IMG/VR virus record: IMGVR_UViG_3300025687_000022
DNA: 64,000 bases
Origin: a virus
Reading direction: 5' to 3' (one strand)
The notes beneath the pieces were generated by a model. It had not been told where the DNA came from, made no database searches, and saw only the letters and a program-made list of their open reading frames with translations. Positions 19,786 to 30,174 of the stretch are shown in pieces. Each line of letters opens with the position of its first letter. Position 1 is the stretch's first letter. The position numbers and the translations under genes were made by a program.

Positions 19786-19813
19786 AAAAAAAAGCGTACC
19801 TTATCGGTACGCT
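19786..19813 (-). terminator. Intrinsic terminator after thyX
   Basis: AGCGTACC-GATAA-GGTACGCT followed by a T-run on the minus strand. Confidence 0.8.
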
Positions 19814-19816
19814 AAA

Positions 19817-20521
19817 TCATTCTTCGTTCCTAATCCTACGATAAGCACCTACTGTTTCAGGGTATAAATCGGTCGCAATCTCCAAGCAGGCTTCAGCGAC
19901 TTTTACAATCTCCCATTGTGCCCCTTCGTGTGTGCGAAGGTCAATAAACTTCAAAAGGTTAGATAAATTGACTGTACCGTAGTATTCGGTGTAGAGGTTC
20001 TGTGGCAGAACTCCACGGGCTTGTTCTCGGCAAACGCCTGCTTCGATAAGATCATTGAAAAGCTGCAAACTAGTCTTATGATGGTGTTGAACAATCAGGC
20101 TAGCTCTTGGCAAAGCATACGGCATACCGCGAGGATCAATCAACTCTTCGGCATTACTTGCCTGTCGGTTGCTCTTGTGTTGTGTTCTGAATGCTTGAGG
20201 CTCATAGAACTGAATATTCACGTCAGTATACCTTCTACTAATTTCGTTATAAGACCATGTTCTATGACGATGGTGCTGAGAGCGTACAAATAAAGGAACA
20301 GTAAACCTGAAAGTAATAAGATTATGTTCCAGGGTAGATGTATGCTTATGGCGAATTAGATAATTGATAAGTCTTTTATCTCTTTCATCCAGTTCTTCTT
20401 TTTCCACTCCAAATGATACACGAGCGGAATTAACTATAGTTAAATCAGATCCCATATGTTCAACATAATCTACTTTACCAATGTTGTCGTTATAAAGTTG
20501 TATGCTTTTATTATATTTCAT
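19817..20521 (-). CDS. thyX: FAD-dependent thymidylate synthase
   Basis: H.S..EH, QHHRHRTWSYNEISRRY and AR..LP motifs. Confidence 0.95.
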   Translation of the reverse strand: MKYNKSIQLYNDNIGKVDYVEHMGSDLTIVNSARVSFGVEKEELDERDKRLINYLIRHKHTSTLEHNLITFRFTVPLFVRSQHHRHRTWSYNEISRRYTDVNIQFYEPQAFRTQHKSNRQASNAEELIDPRGMPYALPRASLIVQHHHKTSLQLFNDLIEAGVCREQARGVLPQNLYTEYYGTVNLSNLLKFIDLRTHEGAQWEIVKVAEACLEIATDLYPETVGAYRRIRNEE

Positions 20522-20787
20522 TCTTCGTTCTCCTCTACAATAATAAACTCACTATTACAACAATGTTCTCTTATTTCAACTTCGTCGCCTTCTTTGTAAC
20601 CTTTGCTATGCCAATAGGTATCGCAACCCTCGTTTGGTCCAATAACATAAGTTCCTCGGTAGATTGCTGACCCGTGTGAAATGCCGTTCTCATCAAATAG
20701 AGTTCCAACTGGAACCATTTCTTCTTCGTAGAATGCTTCGGTTCCTTCCTTGAACCAAGTGTCGGGTTTGGCGAAGTATCTTTTCAT
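20518..20787 (-). CDS. Hypothetical protein (ends ENEE)
   Basis: 89 aa, bounded by junction repeats. Confidence 0.65.
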   Translation of the reverse strand: MKRYFAKPDTWFKEGTEAFYEEEMVPVGTLFDENGISHGSAIYRGTYVIGPNEGCDTYWHSKGYKEGDEVEIREHCCNSEFIIVEENEE

Positions 20788-20993
20788 TCTTCGTTCTCTT
20801 TATTCATAATGATTACCACCAAAGACAAGGTTCAGTCCAAAATATTCTTCGTGTTCAGGGTTTTTGCGATAGAACTCTTGAGACTCAAGGATAATAGACC
20901 ATGGAATCATCACCTTAACTTTCATGCCGTGATCTTCAATCTCATAAATTGAATCTTTATTGTAATTGTCTACATCTTTAATTTTAGTAATCT

Positions 20994-21281
20994 TCATTCT
21001 TCGTTCTCCATAAGTTCCCAATATCCTTCTGCTGAGACATAGTGATGGTCATGCCCAACAAGTTCAGAATAGTTTCTATTCCATTCTCTTTCCATCTTTG
21101 CTATACCTCCAGAGTTATTCACAAAGCTTTCTGAATATTTTTCCCAAGTTTCAGTTTCAGAAAATCTATCCAGTTCTTTTTGCAAACCTTTATGATCTCC
21201 TACTCGGGTCTTCAATTTCATTCTATACTTTAAATCGGTTCCTGTCAAGCCAATTTCAAGATAATATCTTGGTGCGCTCAT
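20994..21281 (-). CDS. Hypothetical protein (ends ENEE)
   Basis: 95 aa, bounded by junction repeats. Confidence 0.65.
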   Translation of the reverse strand: MSAPRYYLEIGLTGTDLKYRMKLKTRVGDHKGLQKELDRFSETETWEKYSESFVNNSGGIAKMEREWNRNYSELVGHDHHYVSAEGYWELMENEE

Positions 21282-21478
21282 TCTTCGTTCTCCTTACCAA
21301 ACAAGCCTTCAACTTCAATGAATAGAACATTCCTGCCATCCTTCATCTTTTTCTTTTTAGCATTGAGGGTTGCCTTAACGCCATTCAGAAAGCCAGTCTC
21401 GTATTTCATATCAAAAGGTTGTGGCAACAATAGCCAGCCAATAGAAAGACCACCTAAGAAAAATAATGTCTCAATCAT
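21278..21478 (-). CDS. Small membrane-anchored protein (ends ENEE)
   Basis: Hydrophobic N-terminus; junction repeats. Confidence 0.6.
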   Translation of the reverse strand: MIETLFFLGGLSIGWLLLPQPFDMKYETGFLNGVKATLNAKKKKMKDGRNVLFIEVEGLFGKENEE

Positions 21479-21691
21479 TCTTCGCTCTCACAAGTACATT
21501 CTTGGTCTGGATAACCGGCGTCACAATGAGCGCAGTTATACCACTTTGAGGTGTCTTTTGCTCCGAGTGCTTCAAACAACTCTTCTTCAAGTCTGAACAT
21601 ATCCCCTCTGAAATGTAGGGCTCTTTCAAAAGAACGGTCGGTCTTCTTGGCTTTTTCAAACGCTTTTTTGAGTTTTTGCAATAGTTGATAG

Positions 21692-22177
21692 TTACTCATT
21701 CTCATTCACCTTTTGAATGTTTCTCCATTCAATTTCCAACCTTGTAGGCGCTGTCATAGGTTGTGATGTGACCATCTCGTCAGCAGACGGGACTCTATGA
21801 ACCTTTGCTGCTCTTGCTCTTCCCACTTCTTTGTGGGGACGATCATGTTTGATTGAATGAAATTCTTCGTGATATTGTTTCCGCAATTCCAAAACAACAG
21901 GATCGTTCCCAATGTAAGTATCCAACCATTGCTCAAGCCAGTCATTCTTTCTTGCCAGTTCGGTCTTGTGATGAATCCCGATATCAACAGCCGCTTTGAG
22001 ACAAGCAACCCTTGAAGGCAAACCTCCCCAATCTTCTCCTTCGATAATATCGTCAGAGCAGCCAATCGCTTTGTAGGTTTGGCGAATAATAGACTTTAGA
22101 GCGCCAAGTTGTTCTTTTAGATCACTAACCTCTTCTCTTAGTTCGTAAGATAGATCTTCAAAATAATCGTTCATCAT
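21692..22177 (-). CDS. Hypothetical protein
   Basis: 161 aa, translationally coupled. Confidence 0.55.
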   Translation of the reverse strand: MMNDYFEDLSYELREEVSDLKEQLGALKSIIRQTYKAIGCSDDIIEGEDWGGLPSRVACLKAAVDIGIHHKTELARKNDWLEQWLDTYIGNDPVVLELRKQYHEEFHSIKHDRPHKEVGRARAAKVHRVPSADEMVTSQPMTAPTRLEIEWRNIQKVNENE

Positions 22178-22962
22178 TTACTCTCAAAGTTTATCATTCT
22201 AAGAAGCTCTACTGCTTCTTCTGGGTTTCTGCTAACTTGTTCCCAAGCGTACCGAGAAAGATTTTCGATCTTTTCAAGCTTCTTGATTAATCGATCTCGT
22301 TCTTCGTTCAAGAAATTAACTTGATCTCTCAACTCCTCGATGGTTTTGCCTCTTCCGCGAAAAGTGTCTTTGTTGTTTTCTGGTCTAATATCCATTACTC
22401 TTCCCAACCTGCTGTAGTTGCTGCTCCGTCTCCGAATTCTTTCAGAGAATCTTCATAATCTTCTATGCCGTCCCTAAAGCCTTTCTCAAAAGCAACAATA
22501 TCAAGTGCCTCTGATACTGGTCTGCGAACATCAGCAATCCATTTAGTGAAAAGAATGTTGATTGGAATATCGTGGTATTCCGTGTTTAGACCTCTGTGGT
22601 ATCCGGCATTGTAGGAATTGACCTGCCACCACTCAACCACATCATCCACCTTTCCAATGCAGATTTCATTACAAGGATTCTTCATTCTTCTTCCTTATCG
22701 AGCACAATGCTTACTTTGATGTGGTCAAGTTCGAAGGGAGGGACGTACTCTATGGTGTACGAACCATCTTCGTTGAGATGAACTTTTCGAGGATCAATCC
22801 TCTTGCCATCCATCTCAAAGCTGTTGCCGTAAACTAGTCGATCTTTTGCGATGAGTAAGGTTAGTGCTTCAGCTTCTTTCTTTCTTTGCAGCGGGTTGTC
22901 AGGGTGCATTGCCAGCATCGCGCAGAAATAGCACTCCTTGATATTCGCTCCATGTTCGCACT

Positions 22963-23664
22963 TCACGGCGCAGCCTCCAGCGCAGCCACGAGGGCTTCGG
23001 CTTCGGTCGCGCCCTGGACGCTCTCTCCGTCAGCCCCCAAAACAAACACCTCTCCACGAGATCGACCGGACATCGCCACCCACCTCTCCCAATCCGCTCC
23101 GGGGAGTTTGGCTCGCCTGACGACGAGCGCAGGCAACCCGTGAGCCTCTCGCACCAACTGCAAGATGCATCCCAGTGTGGCGGGGTCTTCGAGGTCGGGC
23201 AGATAATCCCCGCTACCGATCCCCGTAGTCTCAGTCACTCGCAGCCGAGTTGGCTGCGCCAGCATCCCTGGCATCCATCGCCAGTGCGGCGATGCAACGG
23301 CGCGTCGGGATAGGTCGTCACTCATGGCTTCCTCGTTTGATTCAGCCATAGTATACCAGCCGCCAATCCGTCCGTCAAGTCTCGAAAGCAGATTCACAGA
23401 GGTATGAGTGTCATCTGGATCGGGCGAAATCTCTTGCAGTTTGTCATCAAGCATTTTAATCTCCTCTGCTGCTCTGCGACAAAGAGACTCAAGACGAAGA
23501 ATCTCAAGAAAATAAACTTGTTCATCCAAGCGTCCGTATTTGGTGAGCATACGCTTCATAACGGCAGTTGCAGCAGATTCAGGGAAATACTTTTTTGCAT
23601 TTTGGATGATTTCATCGTCAGACATTTTAGCGATTTCCTTTGCGATTTGCTCTTCGTTGCTCAT
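22963..23664 (-). CDS. Fused hypothetical protein: AT-rich N-half plus GC-rich C-half (PDLxDPATLGC...TEAEALVAALEAAP type)
   Basis: Abrupt GC rise at ~22900-23325; internal Met at 23325 after NEEA. Confidence 0.6.
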   Translation of the reverse strand: MSNEEQIAKEIAKMSDDEIIQNAKKYFPESAATAVMKRMLTKYGRLDEQVYFLEILRLESLCRRAAEEIKMLDDKLQEISPDPDDTHTSVNLLSRLDGRIGGWYTMAESNEEAMSDDLSRRAVASPHWRWMPGMLAQPTRLRVTETTGIGSGDYLPDLEDPATLGCILQLVREAHGLPALVVRRAKLPGADWERWVAMSGRSRGEVFVLGADGESVQGATEAEALVAALEAAP

Positions 23665-24129
23665 TTCATAACCTCCACATAGCCAAGGGGCTCTTTTGTT
23701 ATTTCACCATGTGACCACAAGATAGACAAACGGTCTTGAAAGTAATCGTTGTGGCGATAGAAGTCTTTTTCAATGTCTATTAAAATACCAATATCATGAT
23801 TTTTCTTTTTGAATTTTTCATCCCACTGACTTTTTGGTCTTACAAGATCACCGACTTTCATTCTTCGTTCTCCTTGACAATCCATGTATGCCGACTGTAA
23901 TCACATGACCTAATTTTCATCTTGTTCATTTTCAAAAGAAGAGCGAAGATCTCATCAAGACAATCGATAACAGAATCTTTGTTAAAAGTTTCACAGTCTC
24001 TTAGAGAGTTTATACTATTTTGCAGATGTTGCAAATCATTTGTTTCAATCATTCTTCGTTCTCCTTTTATATAATATAACTTGTTGATCAATTACAGTCA
24101 AGTTTTTTTTCCTTTTTTCCTTTTATACC

Positions 24130-24325
24130 TCGGGGGCAAATGGGGGGAAAATCGGGGGTATATGTATATCGCAAAATCTGGGAATTTTTCTGGGGGATTT
24201 TTTTGGAATATTCAATATTTGGGAATTTTTATCGGCGTATCGTGAGGGGGCTATGCCCGCCTCCAGCACCCTCCTATCTTGCCGGGGACATATATCCCGG
24301 GGGGAGGAGGGGGGGAGGGGGGTCA
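24130..24325. other. G-rich non-coding boundary element (possible G-quadruplex, origin or terminus)
   Basis: Many G4-G7 runs, e.g. GGGGGGAGGAGGGGGGGAGGGGGG; CCGGGG-ACATATAT-CCCGG hairpin. Confidence 0.5.
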
Positions 24326-24372
24326 GGTTAGCGCCGGTCAGGTTAGCGTTAATCAGGTAAGCGTCAATCAGT
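24322..24372 (-). pseudogene. Pentapeptide-repeat gene relic
   Basis: Reads LIDAY-LINAN-LTGAN-LT with the same GCT-NAC-CTG codons as the intact genes, but out of frame with the cassette ATG. Confidence 0.65.
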
Positions 24373-24435
24373 CATGCTGCTTTCTCCTTTTGGTACTACC
24401 AATATAACGCGGCAAGGTTATCTGTCAAGGGGATA

Positions 24436-24675
24436 TTACCTCTTAACGATCCGAACACCTTCATCTGCATCGAAGGCGCGCGTATCAGGGCTGAGGGCAT
24501 CACCGCTAAAAGGATCGGTGACTCGCAAAGTATAAACCAGCTTACCGTCAGGCAACTCGCGCACGCCGAAGATCTGGAAAGAGTGATGGTGCCCCTCGAA
24601 GCCGATCCGATCTCCAACCCGGACATCAGACGCGGGAACAATCTCCGTCTTCTTAGTGGTATCGTTATCAATCAT
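24436..24675 (-). CDS. Small cassette protein (SH3-like, VRVGDRI)
   Basis: Own promoter and RBS. Confidence 0.6.
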   Translation of the reverse strand: MIDNDTTKKTEIVPASDVRVGDRIGFEGHHHSFQIFGVRELPDGKLVYTLRVTDPFSGDALSPDTRAFDADEGVRIVKR

Positions 24676-24739
24676 GTTGCTCTCTCCTTTGGGGTATCTA
24701 CAATGTAACCTGTTAGTTTAATCTGTCAAGGAAACTTAG

Positions 24740-25000
24740 TTAAAAAGAGCCGGGATCCTTGCTATCGATATACTCCTCGATCTCCCGAAGCATAGCAACG
24801 TCATCGCTGCTAGAATAATCATCAAGGGAGTAGTTAAAGAGGACTCCATGTCCAGTAAGCCAGTCGCCCACCGCTGAGCGGATCGCAGTCAACAGATCGT
24901 AGCCCTCCCTATGAACGCGACCAAGAGCGATAGAGGAGATCGCGCCCTTCTCGCTGAGGTTAAAGAAAGGAGCGTTAGTGGTGGTATCGTTGTTAGTCAT
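24740..25000 (-). CDS. Small cassette hypothetical protein
   Basis: Start MTNND after the cassette RBS. Confidence 0.6.
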   Translation of the reverse strand: MTNNDTTTNAPFFNLSEKGAISSIALGRVHREGYDLLTAIRSAVGDWLTGHGVLFNYSLDDYSSSDDVAMLREIEEYIDSKDPGSF

Positions 25001-25859
25001 ACTCTTCTCTCCTTTGGGGTATCTACAATGTAACGTGGTGGAGCTATCTGTCAAGGGAGTTAGGCAAATTTATGGTTGGAGACTGACAGCACCTCGTTTC
25101 GAGAGTAGGCGTTGGAAGCGCGCCAAAGCATCTCAGAAAGAAAGCAAACCTTATACCATTGAGCGTCAAAGTAAGGGGGCTTCTCAATGTCGCCGTTGCG
25201 GATCGCAACGCGAAGACTGTTAAGAGTCTCCCACTCAGCGCGGATAGCCGCCGGATCAAGCGCTACAGGGATATGAGTCTCAGGGAAGTTCATGGTGCTC
25301 ATGTTGCTCTCTCCTTTTGGTACTACCAATATAACTCGATAAGGCTATCTGTCAAGCGTCAATCTTATAAACAGACTCAAAAACTTTAAGCACCTCGCGG
25401 ACCGTATCCTCGTGAATGGTGCGGCAGTCCATATCACCACACCACCAACCTTCATTAAGGTAACACCAATACCCGTCTTCATCACGCTCAAAAAGCTCGA
25501 CAGCAGGATGCTTCATCAGATCGGCTCTAGTGCGGGGCGCTTTCATGTTCTTCTCTCCTTTGGGGTACTACCAATATAACGCGGTGTGGCTATCTGTCAA
25601 GCAAATTTCTAAGGCTCTTGAAGTTCAGCGCCGTTTTCATCAGTTAGCATGCTGCAATCACTGCAGCGCAAGATCTGATAAAGGTAGACCTCTCCGTCAG
25701 ACGCGAGGATCCTACCGATCCCGTGATCCTTCACCGCGCCGCCGCAGTCCTGACAGATAATAAGCTTAGAAGCTTTCTGAGTCACGCTGATCTCCTTTGG
25801 GGGTACTGCCAATATAACTCGATGAAGCGACTTGTCAAGAAGATAGTGATATCTTTTTT

Positions 25860-25912
25860 AACCACTAAATATGGGGGTTTTTGGGGGATTTACCACTAAA
25901 TATGGGGGTTAA
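25860..25912. repeat. Direct repeat ACCACTAAATATGGGGGTT x2 in a non-coding cassette
   Basis: 19-bp exact copies at ~25862 and ~25892. Confidence 0.8.
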
Positions 25913-25986
25913 TTGGGTATACAGGGTGTTTATTTTTTTGGGTGGGCATTATCCCCCCACCATATAAGAGCCTATAACTACACAAT

Positions 25987-26021
25987 AAAAAGAAGCAAGG
26001 GAGAGCGGCTCCCCCTTGCTT
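25987..26021 (-). terminator. Intrinsic terminator
   Basis: AAGCAAGGG...CCCTTGCTT stem followed by CTTTTT. Confidence 0.7.
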
Positions 26022-26031
26022 TACTTAATAC

Positions 26032-26391
26032 TTACCAGCCCTTAAAAAGCATCAGCTTGAACTGAACCCAAGGGCTATCGCTATTATCGCTCATAAGCTC
26101 GTTAATCTCATTCTGAGCGATAATGCCGATAGCGTCAGGGTCAAGAAGAGTAGCGTTAGAAGCGGATCGAAGAATCATGCCAACGTGCTTAGAAGTGGTT
26201 TGAGAGATATACGTGCCCGAAGCGGTATAGTCAGCGACAACAACGTCGCCGTTAAAGTCGCGACAAGCGATAGGCTGAGAGTAAGAGTAAAGAATACCCT
26301 TGCTATGGTGAAGAGCGCCGTTAGGAGTAGTACCATCACGGTCACCGGAAAGAAAAGAAGCGATAAGAGAGTTGTTGTTGTACTTAGGCAT
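26032..26391 (-). CDS. Cassette hypothetical protein (LYSY..PIA...SQTTSKH type)
   Basis: Motif seen in small early phage proteins; own promoter. Confidence 0.6.
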   Translation of the reverse strand: MPKYNNNSLIASFLSGDRDGTTPNGALHHSKGILYSYSQPIACRDFNGDVVVADYTASGTYISQTTSKHVGMILRSASNATLLDPDAIGIIAQNEINELMSDNSDSPWVQFKLMLFKGW

Positions 26392-27811
26392 GTTGCTTTT
26401 CTCCTTTGGGGTATCTACAATATAACTCGATGAAGCTATCTGTCAAGAAGTTTTTTTAGTTAGTGCTCTCGACGGTAGAAGGCTCAGTAACAGTGACGGT
26501 AGTAACTTGGATATCAGCGTTAGGAGCGCGGTTAGCGATAATGTAAGTATCCTCACTAACCTTAATCGAATACTGCGACCGGTTAACAGACCGAGGGCGG
26601 AAAGTGCCGATAGGAGTCATACCAGCCGCCTTGATAGCAGCGCGGATCTGGTGCTTACCCTCTTTCCAAGTAACGTAAGTAAGACCAGCGGGGGCGACGA
26701 GCTTGCCAATAACTTTCATGTTCTTCTCTCCTTTAAGGTATCTACAATATAACTCGATGGTGCTATCTGTCAAGAACTTTTTTTATTTAGTGATCTCGCG
26801 GATCAGACTCAACAGGAAGCAGATCGGCAAGGGGGACGCGACGGGTAAGCGATCCGCGCCAACGGTTCCAACCCAAGCCAGCGCCGTCGATAACCCAGCG
26901 AAGATCGACATACTTATCACTAGTATCAGCGACCATACAGCGCTTGTTAGCGTAGACAACGATATCACCGATCTGAATCTTAGTCATACTCTTCTCCTTT
27001 TGGTACTACCAATGTAACTCGATGGGACGACTTGTCAAGAACTTTTTTTATTTAATGCTCTCAAGTGCTAAGTGGGGGAAAAAATAGGAGAAAATTTAGC
27101 CGCCGATCAGCGCTTCATACGCAAGCGCTTTAGAAAACCGGCGCTGCGCCCGGTTAAAACGGCGGCGCGCCCGCCCATAGCCGGGATCGCCACGGTAGCC
27201 GAGGCGGCGATCATCGCGCCAAAGGGAAACCTCGGAATAGTTGGAAGCAAGGGAACGCTCGTGCCGCTTCGACATGTTCTTATCTCCTTTTGGTACTGAC
27301 AATGTAACCTGATTATCTAGTCTGTCAAGAAGTTTTTTTAAATTCCCATGCGCCGCCGCCGATCCTGCATACGCTTGCGAGACTGATCATATAGGTCGCG
27401 ATCAACCACGTCCACACGCTCATAGTGCTGCCAGTGCGGGTGAATAATCGCCAGCGCCGCCAGCGCGCCGCGCCGATCTCCAGACTCAATATGCTCGCGA
27501 TACTTGTTAATGGCGGCGCTAACAGTCATGTTACCTTCTCCTTTGGGGTACTGACAATGTAACCGACTATGAGAATCTGTCAAGAACTTTTTTTAGTTCT
27601 TAACCCTGGAAGGACCGCGAAGCTCATAATCTTTAATGTATTCAAAGCCTTGCGCATCCAAATTATCGATCAGCCGCTCCTCGGCGTCCTCGGCATTATA
27701 ACCCCAAGCAACCACAGCGCTTTTGGGTTCACATTCGTCGGTTGAGATATAAGAAAAGCGATACAGGTAAAGAGTACCGTGCTTACCATTTTTGGTTTTA
27801 TACATGCTCTT

Positions 27812-27869
27812 CTCCTTTGGGGTACTGACAATGTAACCGACTATGAGAATCTGTCAAGAACTTTTTTTA
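27812..27869 (-). promoter_or_regulatory. Example sigma70-type early promoter with UP-like A-tract and RBS
   Basis: AAAAAAAGTTC TTGACA GATTCTCATAGTCGGT TACATT ... AAAGGAGAA; essentially identical to the copy at ~27540-27595. Confidence 0.85.
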
Positions 27870-27874
27870 AACTA

Positions 27875-27949
27875 CTAAACCAACCAGAAAACCATATACC
27901 AGCAGGCAAGAGTAAAAACAAGAGTCACAGCCGATAGAAAGTTGTCCAC
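27875..27949 (-). CDS. 24-aa hydrophobic peptide (not in ORF track)
   Basis: GTG start after RBS and promoter; MDNFLSAVTLVFTLACWYMVFWLV. Confidence 0.55.
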   Translation of the reverse strand: MDNFLSAVTLVFTLACWYMVFWLV

Positions 27950-28010
27950 GTTGTCTCCCTTTCTGGTGCTAACAATATAACCGGCTGGTTAAATCTGTCA
28001 AGAAGTTTTT

Positions 28011-28379
28011 TTAAGAAATGATCTCGCTCATGTGCTTAATCGCAAAATCGTAGCGATTTGCAGTAGATAGGACGCCGCCCCAGCCGTTCTGGGTAGCTAC
28101 GTCGCGCAAGCGCTGCTCTCGCTGGCGCTCTTCAGTAAGGAATTCGCTTATAAAATCGCGGACATACGACATTCCCTCTGGAGTGATCACATAACTTTCC
28201 CAAGAGCGGCTAGCAGGAGCGACAAGGTTTCGTCGATACAGCGCTCGAAGCGTCGAGATCGAAGCGACAGAGCTAACGCCAGACAAGTCAGGCGAGAAGG
28301 CTCCAGGGTTTGCAAGGCTAGCAAACTTCTGACGAACCAGACACCGGAGAGCGCGAGCTTGAGCAGAAGTGATATCCAT
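28011..28379 (-). CDS. Winged-helix-like cassette protein
   Basis: TLRALYRRNLV...YVITPEG pattern. Confidence 0.5.
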   Translation of the reverse strand: MDITSAQARALRCLVRQKFASLANPGAFSPDLSGVSSVASISTLRALYRRNLVAPASRSWESYVITPEGMSYVRDFISEFLTEERQREQRLRDVATQNGWGGVLSTANRYDFAIKHMSEIIS

Positions 28380-28440
28380 GTTTTCTCCCTTTTGGTACTG
28401 ACAATGTAACCTGATTATCTAGTCTGTCAAGAAGTTTTTT

Positions 28441-28515
28441 TCAGATACTCAAAACAAAAGCGAAAACCATGAGATAAGGAAGGCAGTAGAAGAGAACCGA
28501 AATAAAAAACCGCAT
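28441..28515 (-). CDS. 24-aa hydrophobic peptide (not in ORF track)
   Basis: MRFFISVLFYCLPYLMVFAFVLSI with own promoter and RBS. Confidence 0.55.
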   Translation of the reverse strand: MRFFISVLFYCLPYLMVFAFVLSI

Positions 28516-29884
28516 GCTTTCTCCTTTCTGGTGCTGGTAATGTAACCGACTATGAGAATCTGTCAAGAAGAAAAATCTTTTTTCATAGCTTCAGACCTCG
28601 CGTCAAACATAGCCTGAGTATTTTGGTATGGATAATGGCTAGCCCAAATCGTACCGGAAGCGGGGTTGCGACCAATCCAGCGAGATTTACGATTACTCCA
28701 CGCAAGCTGAATCCACTGCCCCGGACGGAGCTTAACCTCACCCGAATGAAGCTTTACGATTAGGTCGTTATCAACTAGAATGGTCTTGAAGTACATGCTC
28801 TTCTCCTTTCTGGTGCTGATAATGTAACCGACTATGAGAATCTGTCAAGAACTTTTTTTTGTGATTAAGATAATCCTGAAACTCAGCTTTGAAATGCTGC
28901 AAAAATCCTGTTTAAAACAAAGTTAAAAGTATCCCGATCTGTATCTTCTTGCGCGATCATTGCAAGAAGTCTGGCAATTTCTGATTTTGTCATTCTTCGT
29001 TCTCCTTTTCTTCTTCAGCTTTCTTAATCAGATCCATCAAAGTGCAGGCAGTATGCCACTTTTTATCAAAATCTTCTACAGTATGTTTCATTCCAAGAGC
29101 GCGTATATGTTCCAAAGCATGGAAGTTTCTACGGATCTCTCTGACATTTAGGGTGATAGTGATCTCGTCGTTGTTCATATTCTTCTCTCTTTAGCATAAA
29201 CAATATAACCCGCTGGTTAAATCTGTCAAGAAGTTTTTTTAGCTGTTCTCTTATTCTTCCCAACTTACGCAATAATGGTTAGCACCATAACTAGTGCGTA
29301 GCCCCTGCTCTCTCAGAAGAAAGAGCGCCTGATTTAGTGCATCATCAGCCCAAGCGGGAAGCTCTTCACATAAAATAGACTCCTCATCTTCTGGAAAGGC
29401 AGAAGCATACGCGCCTTTCAAACTAAAAACGATCTCCTCTTCACCGACACTAGCCGCATCACGGCAAAATTGCTCAATCTTGTCGTAAAAGGCTTGCACA
29501 TGCATACAAGAAGCGGTTTTAGCTGCGGCAGTTCGCTCACGAAGTTCTTGGGCAAGGTTCATAGTTTTTCTCCTTTGGGGTAATGACAATATAACCGACT
29601 ATGAGAATCTGTCAAGAAGTTTTTTTAGTCCTCTTCAAACACGTCAGGATCGATATATGCCGGGCTTACGTCGCCGGGGAGAATAAGCATTACCTCCTCC
29701 CAATCTTCAGCGAGGCGGCTCGCCTCGCGGTATGCGTCGTTAGGGCTAGACTGGCTATACAGGCATAGCGGGCGAGTGAAGGTCTTCGCGAAATTATCGA
29801 TCAAAATCGCAGTATAAGTCATGCTCTTCTCTCCTTTTGGTACTACCAATTTAACTTGCTATGAGAGTTTGTCAAGAAGTTTTT

Positions 29885-30112
29885 TTAGATTCGATCTCGC
29901 CAGCTATCGTCATCAGGGGATGAAGGAACATAATCATCCTGCCAATGTCCATAAATCCGCGTATGGTCCTCAACTTCAGGATCGGTAGAAGTGCGAGAAC
30001 TTGAATCTGGCGAACTGCAATGCTCCTGAGCTTCTTCCAGCGTCAATCCATCAGCGATAATGATATTGGAAACACTTGGAGCATCATAAAAGCGAACAAT
30101 CATATAGCTCAT
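29885..30112 (-). CDS. Small cassette protein, paralog of 41569-41766
   Basis: IVRFY...GLTLEEAQEHC..P..SSRT shared. Confidence 0.7.
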   Translation of the reverse strand: MSYMIVRFYDAPSVSNIIIADGLTLEEAQEHCSSPDSSSRTSTDPEVEDHTRIYGHWQDDYVPSSPDDDSWRDRI

Positions 30113-30174
30113 GTTCTTCTCTCCTTTTGGTACTGACAATATAACCTGATAGTTCAATGAGTCAAGAACTTTTT

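Larger units (their letters stand above)
19817..24063 (-). repeat. Dispersed 16-bp gene-junction repeat GGAGAACGAAGAATGA (encodes ENEE-stop, RBS and next start)
   Basis: Plus-strand tcattcttcgttctcc or near-match at ~19817, 20518, 20784, 20994, 21278, 21475, 22682, 23858, 24048; also 28990. Confidence 0.85.
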
